A DNA stretch of 63,710 nt, filler included, from Octopus bimaculoides (GCF_001194135.2; 5 parts of 5 records of this genome joined end to end with filler, not necessarily neighbours in it); one strand, 5' to 3'. Shown: positions 23,662 through 36,119, numbered from the whole stretch's first letter. The notes: generated by a model not told the origin, from the sequence alone. Translations and numbers: made by a program.

Positions 23662-24427
23662 TACTCTTTTACTCTTTTACTTGTTTCAGTCAGTGGAGGC
23701 GCAATGGCCCATTTGTTAGGGCAGCGGATTCGTGGTTGGAGGATCACGGTTTCGATTCCCAGACCGGGCATTGTGTGTTTATTGAGCAAAAACACCTAAA
23801 GCTCCACAAGGCTCCGGCAGGGGATGGTGGCGAACCCTGCTGTACTCTTTCACCACAACTTTCTCTCACTCTTACTTCCTGCTTCTGTTGTGCCTGTAAT
23901 TCAAAGGGTCAGCCTTGTCACACTGTGTCACACTGAATATCCCCGAGAACTACATTAAAGGTATACGTGTCTGTGGAGTGCTCAGCCACTTGCACGTTAA
24001 TTTCACGAGCAGGCTGTTCCGTTGATCGGATCAACTGGAACCCTTGACGTCGTAAGCGACGGAGTGTTTCAGTCATTTGACTACAGACATGCTGGAGTAC
24101 CACTGTTTGTCGAACAAATTGACCCTAGGACTTATTCTTTGTAAGCTTAGTTCTTATTCTATCAGTATCTTTTACTGAACTGCTAAGTTACAAGAATGTA
24201 AACACACCAACATCGGTTGTCAAGCGATGGTGGGGGGATGAACACAAACACACAAACACATACATATATACAATGGGTTTCTTTCAGTTTCCATCTACCA
24301 AATCCACTCACAAGGCTTTGGTCAGCCCGAGGCTATAGTAGAAGACACTTGCCCAAGGTGTCACACAGTTGGACTGAACCCGGAATCATGTGGTTGGGAA
24401 GCAAGCTTCTTACCACACAGCCACTCC
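23662..24427 (-). mobile_element. Full-length SINE family A interrupted by a family D insertion
   Basis: Tail 23662-23692 resumes at 24065; head ends CCACACAGCCACTCC at about 24427. Confidence 0.88.
23693..24064 (+). mobile_element. tRNA-derived SINE family D (tail type 1) with 11-bp TSD
   Basis: TGGCCCATTTG A-box region, GGTTTCGATTCC B-box; TGTTTCAGTCA duplicated at 23682-23692 and 24065-24075. Confidence 0.93.
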
Positions 24428-25394
24428 TGCTCCTGTCCAACTTTATGGAAAAATTTTTTCAAATTCTATTTAAGATGTTATTTTCATAGTGTTTTAGANN
24501 NNNNNNNNNNNNNNNNNNNNNNNNNNNNNNNNNNNNNNNNNNNNNNNNNNNNNNNNNNNNNNNNNNNNNNNNNNNNNNNNNNNNNNNNNNNNNNNNNNNN
24601 NNNNNNNNNNNNNNNNNNNNNNNNNNNNNNNNNNNNNNNNNNNNNNNNNNNNNNNNNNNNNNNNNNNNNNNNNNNNNNNNNNNNNNNNNNNNNNNNNNNN
24701 NNNNNNNNNNNNNNNNNNNNNNNNNNNNNNNNNNNNNNNNNNNNNNNNNNNNNNNNNNNNNNNNNNNNNNNNNNNNNNNNNNNNNNNNNNNNNNNNNNNN
24801 NNNNNNNNNNNNNNNNNNNNNNNNNNNNNNNNNNNNNNNNNNNNNNNNNNNNNNNNNNNNNNNNNNNNNNNNNNNNNNNNNNNNNNNNNNNNNNNNNNNN
24901 NNNNNNNNNNNNNNNNNNNNNNNNNNNNNNNNNNNNNNNNNNNNNNNNNNNNNNNNNNNNNNNNNNNNNNNNNNNNNNNNNNNNNNNNNNNNNNNNNNNN
25001 NNNNNNNNNNNNNNNNNNNNNNNNNNNNNNNNNNNNNNNNNNNNNNNNNNNNNNNNNNNNNNNNNNNNNNNNNNNNNNNNNNNNNNNNNNNNNNNNNNNN
25101 NNNNNNNNNNNNNNNNNNNNNNNNNNNNNNNNNNNNNNNNNNNNNNNNNNNNNNNNAGTTTAAGTTTAGGGTTCAGGGTTTAGGGCTAAGTTTTAGGATG
25201 AGGACATAAAGATTAAGGTTAGAGTTACATGGAGAAGAGAAATATTCAAAAGAAATTGACAAAAATTGTGATTTTTTAAAACTCACAATTGTAATCTCTC
25301 TGGCAAAACCTAAAAAACATAATTTTTTGTTTTCCAAAAAAAATTTTTAATCAAAAAGGTTAGAGAGACGATGTTTATTGCTCAACTCTGTCAT

Positions 25395-25870
25395 GTCCCA
25401 ATGCATGGCACCTTGGGCAAGTGTCTTCTACTATAAGTTCAGGACAACCAAAGCCTTGTGAGTGTATTTAGTAGATGGAAACTGAAAGAAGCCCATCGTA
25501 TATATTTATGTATTCATTTTGTACAGTGCTAAAGAAACAATCAGTATCATTACAAACAAATGGCAAGAATTAGTGATCACTGACTGTCCAATGTGCCATT
25601 CAAAGGCACCAAGAGACCAAAGAAGAAGAATATATCTATGTGTGTGTATCTTTGCATCTATGTTTGTCCCCCCCCACTGCTGCTTGACAACTGCTCTTGG
25701 TTTGTTTACATCCCTATAATTTGGTGGTTTACCAAAAAGAAACTGATAGGATAAGCACTAAACTTTAAAAAATTCCTGGGGTCAATTTGTTCGACTAAGA
25801 CTCTTCAAGGCAGTGCTCCAGCATGGCCGCAGTCAAATGACTGGGATAAGTAAAAAGTAAGATAAAAGAT
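25395..25870 (+). mobile_element. SINE family A in two pieces around a 140-bp unexplained insert
   Basis: Body 25395-25500; tail 25640-25870 (GCTTGACAAC, CAAGGCAGTGCTCCAGCATGGCCGCAGTCAAATGACTG). Confidence 0.8.
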
Positions 25871-26464
25871 TTCATATCTATGTCTTGCAGCCCCTACTGA
25901 TCATTGCCTCTTCTCCCTACCTTTTTATTTTTCCATATATTAGATGTGAGCAGCAATGCAGATCCCATTGCAGGAACTTGCTCTGCCCCACCTACTCATA
26001 ATAATCCTCTCATCCCCAAGCATGAAACTGACCCCCACCCCAGGGGTCGTAGTCCTGTAAACTACATGGTGATCTCAATAGTACAAGTGGCATGAATAAA
26101 GCACCAGGTCCATTCTGTAAAATGATTGACATTAGGAAGCAGACATTAGAGCTTGATGCAGTACTTGGACATGCCATTTCCTGTCAAACTGTCCAACTCA
26201 TGCTACCGTCGAATATGGACATTAAATGATGATGTATATACATCAAAAATATATTGACTGAGTTATCATGGTTGGAATGTGATTGTTTCATTTCTTTTTG
26301 CTGTGGTTTATTGTAATTTGAGTAATAGTTTACAACCAGTATAACTGTGCTGTCAAAAATAATGTTATTTTACAAGAAATAATCTGACAAAACATACATT
26401 CTATATATTTGATATAGACTTGTAAAGTATGAATAATAAAGATTTTATTGAAAATACTTTGAAG

Positions 26465-26518
26465 GATTAGATCCAAAGAGAACAAGAAATGAAGAGAACT
26501 TTTACATAAAACGCTTTA
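26465..26518 (+). CDS. Candidate internal exon C (phase 1-1)
   Basis: LDPKRTRNEENFYIKRF; donor A|GTATTT; acceptor weak. Confidence 0.28.
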
Positions 26519-26895
26519 GTATTTTATTGACGTTAAATCAATAAAAACATGTTTATTGTTGATTTTTCTAACTAGTATTTTATTAAATCACAATAAAGAA
26601 AAAAAACTGCCATTCATGCATATTGTAAAAGATATTAATATTCATGACTGAAAACAAGGAATGTAGAAAATTCTGTGGAATTTACTACCCACAGTTTAGT
26701 TCTTTTTGTTTATTGACGAGTGGTATGGCCAATAAAATCCCTTGAACGTTTTCATTTCCAAAAGCAACACAGCTAACTCATAGCCTTCATCATTAGTTCT
26801 ACCAATGAAGTATATGGTAAAAAGATTAATGTAAACAATAGAATATATATATGAATAATTTAGTAGGACAGAAAAGATAACATACATATATACAT

Positions 26896-27206
26896 GTGGA
26901 GGTGCAATGGCCCAGTGGTTAGGGCAGCGGACTTGCGGTCGGAGGATCGCGGTTTCGATTCCCAGACCGGGCGTTGTGTGTGTTTATTGAGTGAAAACAC
27001 CTAAAGCTCCACGAGGCTCCGGCAGGGGGTGGTGGCGACCCCTGTTGTACTCTTTAGCCCCAACTTTCTCTCACTCTTACTTCCTGTTTTTTGAGTAATG
27101 CTGCGATGGACTGGCATCCCGTCCAGCTGGGGGGAACACATACGCTATATACGCTATAGAAACCAGGAAACTGGGCTCATGAGCCTGGCTAGGCTTTGAA
27201 AGGGCG
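26896..27206 (+). mobile_element. SINE family D (tail type 2)
   Basis: Same head and body as 23693 up to CTTACTTCCTG, then a different tail (GCGATGGACTGGCATCCCGTCCAG...GAAACCAGGAAACTGGG). Confidence 0.92.
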
Positions 27207-27284
27207 ACAAATTACAAAAAAAAATATACATACATACACACATACATACATACATACATACATACATACATACATACATACATA

Positions 27285-27500
27285 CGAAATCAGCTGTCCA
27301 CTTGACACAAATATGGTTAGAAAAATACAAGAGAAAGAGGATATCTATAGACCATTGATAAGGAGTTTGCAAATCCAGTCCCCAAGATACACTTACAGTT
27401 TCATACTCATTATTATTGGAGAAACAGGATTTATGCCAACCCAACGGGAGCAAAGTATGGCTGAGCTTGGGATCTTGGGGGGAGACTGTAGATTTTAATT
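27285..27500 (+). mobile_element. RLE-type LINE fragment starting at the end of a (CATA)n run
   Basis: EISCPLDTNMVRKIQEKEDIYRPLIRSLQIQSPRYTYSFILIIIGETGF. Confidence 0.75.
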
Positions 27501-27673
27501 CATATGTTACAAATGGTCATGATATTTAGGACTATAAAAATATGCATGACCATCTTAAGATTCAAAGGATGATGGCTAAACCAAAATACTTTCCTTCACA
27601 ACCTTGCTACCAAGTTGGTGGCTGGTCAAAAGTTTACTCTAAATCAAAAACAAATGAACATACATACATACAT

Positions 27674-27704
<31 letters not shown>

Positions 27705-27792
27705 TATATACATGCATACATACATACATACATACATACATAATGCATGCATACATACATACATACATACATACATACATACATACATACAT

Positions 27793-28270
27793 AATGTAGA
27801 TTATGTCATATTTTGTGGAAGACATCACACATGGGATCTGCAGCTGCCCAAAAATGTTATCAAAGTACTATCTTTCTATGTTACATGACAGTGTTACAAA
27901 ACAATATACAATGTTGTTCAGAAAGAAAGAAAAAAACCTCTCCTGGAATAGATATAAAGAATCCTCCTGTTATTGAATATATACACAAACATCAACACAA
28001 GAAATACTGGCAGAACATTCCCATCAAAACATCTGTCAAGTTTAAACATAACAGGCTGGATATTGTTGTTTGGGATCAGACAAGAAAAAGTATGTACTTT
28101 CATAGAGGTCAGCTGTCCTACAGAAATGCTTATCTCTTTGAAAATCAAGAAGAAAGAGGATAACTAAGGACAACTGCTTCAAAAGCTCTGTCTTCTGTAT
28201 CCAGATTATAAAATCATATTTATTCCAATAATAATTGGTGCATTTGGCTTTGTGAAGAAATGGGTTTTCA
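27793..28270 (+). mobile_element. RLE-type LINE fragment (CCHC + RLE region) starting at the end of a (CATA)n run
   Basis: CRLCH..EDITH...CPK; WQNIPIKTSVKFKHNRLDIVVWD; CTFIEVSCPTEMLISLKIKKKEDN; IIFIPIIIGAFGF. Confidence 0.85.
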
Positions 28271-28692
28271 GAAAAAAATTAATGCTTATTTATTCATATT
28301 GCTTTGAATTAATTAAGCATTGTCTTCCGCCTTCAAGATTTTGATTGTGATTGTTTACTTTTAGCATGACATTGTAGGATAGGTGTGAAAGGTCAGATAT
28401 GGCTGGTTTGAACATAAAACAGAATATTTAGGCCTTCTATGTCTGGTTTAAATGCAAAAGGGTTCAAAAATTAACTCTATTAAGATATGGACGATCAGAA
28501 ACTCAGACAGTCATGTGATACAAGAAAATTCATTCAGTTTGAATTCAGATCATAAATTGACTGATCAACTTTAAAATTCCTTGACTGTGGCTCTCATATT
28601 TAGAGCCTAATACTCTCAGACGATTGACTGGCATATGCCTTATTAACTTTCAGCTCTCATTCTTGCTCTTTGCTTCTTCTCATTACTGTAAG

Positions 28693-28779
28693 ATTACAAG
28701 AGGCCTCAAAAATTTGATATCCAGAGACTTGAACATCTGCTGCAGAAACTTGTACCGAATTTATCTTGCTACATGGAAA
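28693..28779 (+). CDS. Candidate internal exon D (phase 1-1)
   Basis: 35-nt pyrimidine tract then TAAG; YKRPQKFDIQRLEHLLQKLVPNLSCYME; donor A|GTAAAC; splices in frame to exon E. Confidence 0.5.
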
Positions 28780-29138
28780 GTAAACTTCCAAATATATGAT
28801 ATGCACTTATTGTTGTTTTATTAACAGCATTCAGCAGTACAAATAAAAACTGTATCAAACAGTAAATCATAAAACTTTCATTATTCAATTTTGCATCTCA
28901 ATTCTCTTTTAGTATTGCAGCATGAAATCATACAGTAAAACTATTAAGTTTTATGAATTCTCCACGTTGACTACCTTTCTGGAATATTGAACTTTTTATG
29001 TCCCTCAATATAATGGTTTGTATATAAATGCAGTTTTTCTTCCTTATAGAAATAAAATAATGTTACAGAAAATTTTCTTAAGTTTTCTAATGAAGATGAC
29101 TGGTTGCTATTTTTAGCACTCTTTGTTTGCCTTTCCAG

Positions 29139-29176
29139 ACCTCACTGAAGTAATAAGAGAAAGCCTTAAAAATATG
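29139..29176 (+). CDS. Candidate internal exon E (phase 1-0)
   Basis: Strong acceptor CTCTTTGTTTGCCTTTCCAG; NLTEVIRESLKNM; donor ATG|GTATTA. Confidence 0.5.
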
Positions 29177-29296
29177 GTATTACTAAAATTTTGTACCAAC
29201 CTTCAAAATTGATGACTTTACCTTAAATCAATTTAAATTTCTTTTAAATTAATCACCAAGGAATAAAAGAATATATTTTGGGCTGATTCCACAAAG

Positions 29297-29341
29297 GAAT
29301 GGTACATGCATCTTGTAGAATTATCAGAGGCTCTTTGTATA
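29297..29341 (+). CDS. Candidate exon E2 (phase 0-0)
   Basis: EWYMHLVELSEALCI between AAG and GTATTT; weak acceptor. Confidence 0.25.
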
Positions 29342-29411
29342 GTATTTCAGTGAGCAATTAGCAGAGAGTGTAATATAATTGAAATAAATTAGTTTTAGAG
29401 CAATAATACAG

Positions 29412-29820
29412 TTAATCCACACTACTCCCTGAAGGGCATAGGGCTGTGACCACTTCATGCTTGTGAACATGATCTTGGGTTACCTCCTTCATTTCAGACC
29501 AAGAAAGACCAATTGCTTTCATTTCATCCTCCACACATCGCTTCCCAAGTTTTCTTAAGTTGTCCAACTTTCCTCTTTCTTTCAGTCTAACAATTGTCTT
29601 GCAATGCTGCTTGGAGGTCTCCTTAGAGTGTAACTGATCCAACCCCATTTCCTTTTCAGAATTTCTTGATTGATGGTAGTTTGGTTTCTTCCATCCCACA
29701 TACTTCTGTTGGAAATTTTTTCCAGCCTCTAGATCTTGAAAATGTAGTACAGACATTTGTTGACGAAGGTCTGCAGATTATTCCTCATGCTTTTGGTGAC
29801 CTTCCTCATTTTTGACCCAT
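29412..29820 (-). mobile_element. RTE-clade LINE 3' end
   Basis: NLQTFVNKCL..IFKI*..EKISN..W...INQEILKRKWGWISYTLRRPPSSIARQLL...CVEDEMKAIGLSWSEMKEV...LCPSGS*. Confidence 0.88.
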
Positions 29821-29939
29821 AAAAGAGCAATAATATACAGATATATAATTGTAGTAAAAGGGGAAACACACTTTAAAGTAAAATGATGGAAAAGATTATA
29901 TATTTATTTCAATAAAAAAAAAGCTTGATTTTATTTTTG

Positions 29940-30023
<84 letters not shown>

Positions 30024-30878
30024 CCTCTTTCTCGTTTAGCTGATCACACATACAAGAACATATATAATATATATTTAGAGGGGCTCACATTTTTGAAGAA
30101 CATTTGCTGAAAGTCATTGAAAATGAAAGTAGAATATAGGAATTTCAAAACCCTTTACAAACTCCACATATTTGCCAATCACTTTACAGATTGTACTAGG
30201 AGTATTTTATGATAGCAGCACTGGAGAAAATGACTTGTGCAGCAGTCTGTAGTGGATAATAGAATAAGATAAAGTGTATGTGATGGGTGGCGACAGAAGT
30301 CTCCCTGAGATGGGGGAGACTGCGATTGCTGGTAATAAAGAGGTGGTGGTGGTGGTGACGACCANNNNNNNNNNNNNNNNNNNNNNNNNNNNNNNNNNNN
30401 NNNNNNNNNNNNNNNNNNNNNNNNNNNNNNNNNNNNNNNNNNNNNNNNNNNNNNNNNNNNNNNNNNNNNNNNNNNNNNNNNNNNNNNNNNNNNNNNNNNN
30501 NNNNNNNNNNNNNNNNNNNNNNNNNNNNNNNNNNNNNNNNNNNNNNNNNNNNNNNNNNNNGGGGGAGACTGCGATTGCTGGTAATAAAGAGGTGGTGGTG
30601 GTGGTGACGACCACCACTATGATGATAATGATGGTGATGATGATGGTGATGATGATGACAATGATGACAACAATGACAATGACAATGATGACAACGATGA
30701 TGGGCTATGATAAAACACTGATGATGACAATTGCAGAAACAGCAACACAGGAGAGAATCCATACTTTCCATCAGCAGTCCTAAAGTGCTGACATGTTCAG
30801 CAATTGCTGACTGAATTGAAAAACCATTTGCTGATTATCATTGCCACAGTTTAAAACTACCATGTTATCTTCTTTTAG

Positions 30879-30935
30879 GTTCACTTCGATGCCATTATCT
30901 CACTTCTCACGCGTGACCCTCAAATAAAACATTGA
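30879..30935 (+). CDS. Candidate exon F (phase 0, ends in TGA)
   Basis: Strong acceptor TTATCTTCTTTTAG|G; VHFDAIISLLTRDPQIKH*. Confidence 0.33.
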   Translation, partial: VHFDAIISLLTRDPQIKH

Positions 30936-30952
30936 CACAAAAACACCTAAAG

Positions 30953-31160
30953 CAGCAGCAGCAGCAGAAGCAGTGCATGAAGTGGCAGAAGTGGAAGCAG
31001 CAGTGGAAGAGGCTGCAGCAGCAGAAGCTCCAGCAATGGCATGAGCAGCAGAAGCAGTGGGAGCAGTGGGAGCAGCAGGAGCAGCAGCAGCAGCAGTGGA
31101 AGCAGCGGGAAGAACAGAAGTAGTGGCAGCAGTGGAAGCAGCAGCAGCAGCGACAGCATC
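30953..31160. repeat. Imperfect (GCA)n repeat
   Basis: Direct reading. Confidence 0.9.
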
Positions 31161-31349
31161 AACATTATCATGGTCATCATTGATTTAATGTTCGCTTTTC
31201 CAAGCTTGTGTGGGTTGAACCGAGCTGATTTTCTACAGCTGGATGCTCTTCCTGTTAGCAACCCTTACTTGTTTACATGCATACATGCATACATGCAAGC
31301 ATGCATATATAAATACATACGTGCATGTATACATACATACACACATACA

Positions 31350-31740
31350 TGATGGTCGTTCACTCATGACCGAGGAAGACCATTGCTGACCTTAAAGAAC
31401 ATTGTGCACTCTAGGACATTTGCAGCTCTGTTGGTGGCTAATGAGCCCTGCTCTTGACAAGCATACACAACTGCAAACACTGAAAGCCAAGCTTTCCACA
31501 TTCACTACACTAGCAATGCACTTTTGAGCAGCATGCTTAAATTCTTCATGCAGAATACATGCTCTCTCAAAGGTGTCAACCCCCTCCTTAATCTGCTTCC
31601 TCCATCTGTAGTGATGACAGGCATTGCTCTCCCAGTCAGCCTCCTGCATATCACAGGCTTTCAATGAGGACTTGACACAGTCCTTAAATCGCAGCCTTGG
31701 TTTCTGCTGGGGTGTCTTTCCACTAGCAAGTTCCCCATAT
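31350..31740 (-). mobile_element. RTE-clade LINE 3' end (second family)
   Basis: LYGELASGKTPQQKPRLRFKDCVKSSLKAC...WESNA..H.RWRKQIKEG..FE...C..C.C.SRAGLISHQQSC, then short UTR; embedded in (CATA)n. Confidence 0.9.
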
Positions 31741-31936
31741 AGCATATATATATGCACACACATGCATGCATACATACATACACACATGCATACATACATG
31801 CATACATACATACATACATACATATGTACGTACATACATACATAAGTACGTACATAGATACATACGTACCTACATACCTATGTACATGCATGCACACATG
31901 CATACATACGTACATACATACATACATACATACATA

Positions 31937-32350
31937 GCAGGTTTTTTTCAGTTTCCATCTACTAAATCCACTCACAAAGTTTTGGTAAACTTGGTGCTAT
32001 GGTAGAAGACACTTGCACAAAATTCCACACATTTGGACCGAACTCAAAACCAAGCATTTGAGTAGTAAGCTTGTTAACAACACAGCCACACCTATACCTA
32101 TGATCTCACAGAGAAAATATATCTAAACACCTTCTACAACAGGCTGTATACGTCTTAATAATCCTTTCTACTCGAAGCACAAGGCGTCAAGTTTAATTAC
32201 ATCGACCTCAGTGTGTAACTGGTACTTATTTAATCGATTCCAAAAAGATGAAAGCCAAAGTCGACCTTGGTGGAATTTGAACTCAGAATGTAGTGGCAGA
32301 CAAAATACCGCGAAGCATTTCACCCAGTGTGCTAATGATTCTGCCAGCTC
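31937..32350 (-). mobile_element. Adjacent CpG-decayed SINE A head (31937-32095) and SINE B (32185-32350)
   Basis: Diagnostic family motifs as above with CG to TG/CA changes. Confidence 0.85.
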
Positions 32351-32900
32351 TCTGTCTTGTATATGTCTTAATAATGCTGCATATATCCAAGTAGTTAATA
32401 TATTTTCGACCTGTACACACAAGATTTGTAAAAGCACATGTTATTTAACCACTTTGAATTCAAGTACAACAAATATTTAAATAAGTTTACATGTCTGGTT
32501 GAATAAGTGAAATTATTATTTTATTGTTCCAATATCTGTGAATTGTTGATTTTCTACTCTGTTCGGTTTAATAGATAAGATACAACCTATATTATACCAA
32601 TAATGGTGGTTGCTGAAGCAGTGATGATAAGGATATTTGACCATTATTACATCAAAATAGAATCCTTTCAAAGAAAAAGTAAACCACCAGCCTGTTTCCA
32701 TTTAAAGAAATCATATTTCTCTATTTAAAAGATATATCAAATTTAATAAAGAACTCAGGTTTCATGGCTGATTAGTGGAATGTTTCCCTACCTCAAATGT
32801 CTTGGACAAAATATTTTTTAAATTGTGCCCAATTTATATAATAATTTATATAATAATTTATATAATAATTTCTGGCACTTGTGCCTGCAGCATGTGTAAG

Positions 32901-33215
32901 GACTTTCGAGCGAGATCGTTGCCAGTGCTCCTGGACTGGCTCTTGTGCGGGTGGCACATAAAATACACCATTTTGAGCGTGGCCATTGCCAGTACCGCCT
33001 GACTGGCCTTCGTGCCGGTGGCACGTAAAAGCACCCACTACACTCTATGAGTGGTTGGCGTTAGGAAGGGCATCCAGCTGTAGAAACTCGGCCAAATCAG
33101 ATTGGAACTTGGTGTAGCCATCTGGTTTCACCAGTCCTCAGTCAAATCGTCCAACCCATGCTAGCATGGAAAGCGGACGTTAAACGACGACGATGATGAT
33201 GATGATGATGATGAC
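32901..33215 (+). mobile_element. SINE family C
   Basis: Near-consensus copy with (GAT)n tail. Confidence 0.92.
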
Positions 33216-33463
33216 AGTAAGCGAATTTGCACAAATTTTCAAATTTAAAGGGTATTAAGAAGATATGAGGAATGGTGAGGTGGAGGTGTTATCAAACACC
33301 ATTCATGTGGCATATTTTATAAATATGCCTATTCAAGTATCATAATGGCGTGTATCTATTAGTAACTCGTTTGGTTTTGTATTTAAATTGATATTTATCT
33401 CTCACTCGATGGAATACTTGTTTATTGATTCAACCTCTGATGGATCTTTAAACTCTGTGTGTG

Positions 33464-33519
<56 letters not shown>

Positions 33520-33654
33520 AGACTCCTTTTGTCCAAGGTGCAATACTGTGAGTGAACCTGAATGGATGTAATTGGGAAGCCACATCTGTATATGTATATA
33601 AATGTGTGTGTGTGTGTGTACGTGTGTGTGTGTGTGTGCGCGTGCATGCGTGTG

Positions 33655-33880
33655 TGTGTCTTTGTGTCTGCTTTTGTGCCTCCACAGTTGCTTGGCAACT
33701 GATATTGGTGTTTACATCTCTATAACTTAGCAGTTTGGCAAAGAAAACCTATAGAATAAGTGCTAGGTTTACAAAGAATAAGTCCTGGGTTTGATTTCCT
33801 CAACTAAAAAAACCCTTTAAGGCGGTGCTCCAGCATGGCCACAGACAAATGACTGAAACAAGTAAAAGAAGAAAAAGAAC
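33655..33880 (+). mobile_element. SINE family A tail
   Basis: AGAATAAGT-CTAGG-TTACAAAGAATAAGTCCTGGG...GGCGGTGCTCCAGCATGGCCACAG-CAAATGACTGAAACAAGTAAAAGA. Confidence 0.85.
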
Positions 33881-35010
33881 CGGAGTGTTATACTAGAAAT
33901 AAACAGATACAGATAAAAGTATAAACCATGTTAAGGACTTGACTCATCAGTAGCTTACTTAAAATTCATATCTTATTTTGTTTAACATTGAAGAAAAGGA
34001 TATCTTTATGCTGTTTGTTGACTTATGGCGATTTTTCTTTATGTGGACAAGTTTCAATAAGTTTTAATTTGGAATTCTAAATTAGGTATTTTTTAAAAAA
34101 TTGTTATTCATTTATTATGCAAAATATGCTGATATTTGATTTAATTATTTATTTTCTATGAGGTAAATTATTNNNNNNNNNNNNNNNNNNNNNNNNNNNN
34201 NNNNNNNNNNNNNNNNNNNNNNNNNNNNNNNNNNNNNNNNNNNNNNNNNNNNNNNNNNNNNNNNNNNNNNNNNNNNNNNNNNNNNNNNNNNNNNNNNNNN
34301 NNNNNNNNNNNNNNNNNNNNNNNNNNNNNNNNNNNNNNNNNNNNNNNNNNNNNNNNNNNNNNNNNNNNNNNNNNNNNNNNNNNNNNNNNNNNNNNNNNNN
34401 NNNNNNNNNNNNNNNNNNNNNNNNNNNNNNNNNNNNNNNNNNNNNNNNNNNNNNNNNNNNNNNNNNNNNNNNNNNNNNNNNNNNNNNNNNNNNNNNNNNN
34501 NNNNNNNNNNNNNNNNNNNNNNNNNNNNNNNNNNNNNNNNNNNNNNNNNNNNNNNNNNNNNNNNNNNNNNNNNNNNNNNNNNNNNNNNNNNNNNNNNNNN
34601 NNNNNNNNNNNNNNNNNNNNNNNNNNNNNNNNNNNNNNNNNNNNNNNNNNNNNNNNNNNNNNNNNNNNNNNNNNNNNNNNNNNNNNNNNNNNNNNNNNNN
34701 NNNNNNNNNNNNNNNNNNNNNNNNNNNNNNNNNNNNNNNNNNNNNNNNNNNNNNNNNNNNNNNNNNNNNNNNNNNNNNNNNNNNNNNNNNNNNNNNNNNN
34801 NNNNNNNNNNNNNNNNNNNNNNNNNNNNNNNNNNNNNNNNNNNNNNNNNNNNNNNNNNNNNNNNNNNNNNNNNNNNNNNNNNNNNNNNNNNNNNNNNNNN
34901 NNNNNNNNNNNNNNNNNNNNNNNNNNNNNNNNNNNNNNNNNNNNNNNNNNNNNNNNNNNNNNNNNNNNNNNNNNNNNNNNNNNNNNNNNNNNNNNNNNNN
35001 NNNNNNNNNN

Positions 35011-35059
<49 letters not shown>

Positions 35060-35099
35060 GGTCTTCAAGAATTGTTGTGAAGTAACTGTAGCAATTCAG

Positions 35100-35184
35100 A
35101 TTCTCCTTGGCTGATCTTGTCAGAAAATACCTTGAGGCCAATTCTTCAGAGAAAATGTTTGAGTTCTTGGCAGCTGAAAGTTAA
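35100..35184 (+). CDS. Candidate terminal exon G (phase 2, ends in TAA)
   Basis: TAACTGTAGCAATTCAG acceptor; FSLADLVRKYLEANSSEKMFEFLAAES*. Confidence 0.33.
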
Positions 35185-36119
35185 ATAATAGAATTGTGTT
35201 GTTTCTGCAATTTTGGTGGAAAGGTTGAAATCTGTTCATAGACATTCAAAAGAATGATTTTATTTTCAAAAATAAATATACAGATAGATAAATAAATAAA
35301 TAGATAGATAAATAAATAAATAAAAATAAATCAGTTTGAAGGATAATCAGACTACTGTTGATAACTGCAACAGAATATTTTTTGGCTATTTTACCCCCAG
35401 CAAAGAGATAAATCTGAATAATTTTCCTTATATTACTCTATAAATAAGCTTCAATTGAATATTATCTTTAAAACTGAATATTATTCATTTGATATCAAAA
35501 AATGAAATTCCATAAAATTCACTGGCAAGGGACACAGAAATCAACTTGCAGTGAGATTCAACAACTTATTTGGTGAGAGATTTAGCCGGGAGAAATTTTC
35601 TGTTATTTTAATCTCCAGCCATAGAAAAATATCGAATAATTAACCTCACAAATATAAAAAAGTACATGAAGATAGAAAAATAGTTTTGTATTTTACCTTG
35701 AAAAATGTTAAAATAAATTTTTTTAACAGGGATATTTTTGTATTTTGCATTATAGTTACAGTACTGTCTTGAAGTTTAGAAGCTCACTTTGCAACCATTT
35801 GATTTTTCCTGGATTGAATCCTTTGTGCAGCATTTTGGTCAAGTGACTTTGTGTCTTCTGCTGTAGCTTCAGGTTGACTAATACCTTGTTAGTGAAATTT
35901 AGTAGATAGAAACTGAGCAGAAGCCAACAAGTTATATATATATATATATATATAAAATATATAGTTTTAGGGAAAATAACCAATTTTCAAGAACTCATCG
36001 ATGAAAATCCACTATCACATATAGAAAAATTAATAATTAAAAGCACAATAAATGAGTATAATATAAAGTAAAGTAAATATCATAAGATAAATATAATAAA
36101 AAGATTACACGTGTTTCAT

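Noticed and set aside
25158-25230. TTAGGG-like repeats as a telomere or fusion scar
   Set aside because: Few degenerate units beside a gap; such tracts also occur inside non-autonomous elements.
26771-26800. Minus-strand ATGATGA-AGGCTA...TAGCT resembling the 11212 stem II
   Set aside because: No GAAA or cleavage arm follows.
30313-30612. Direct repeat of about 50 bp across a gap (also 45700-45810)
   Set aside because: Identical sequence on both sides of an N run indicates unmerged contig overlap.
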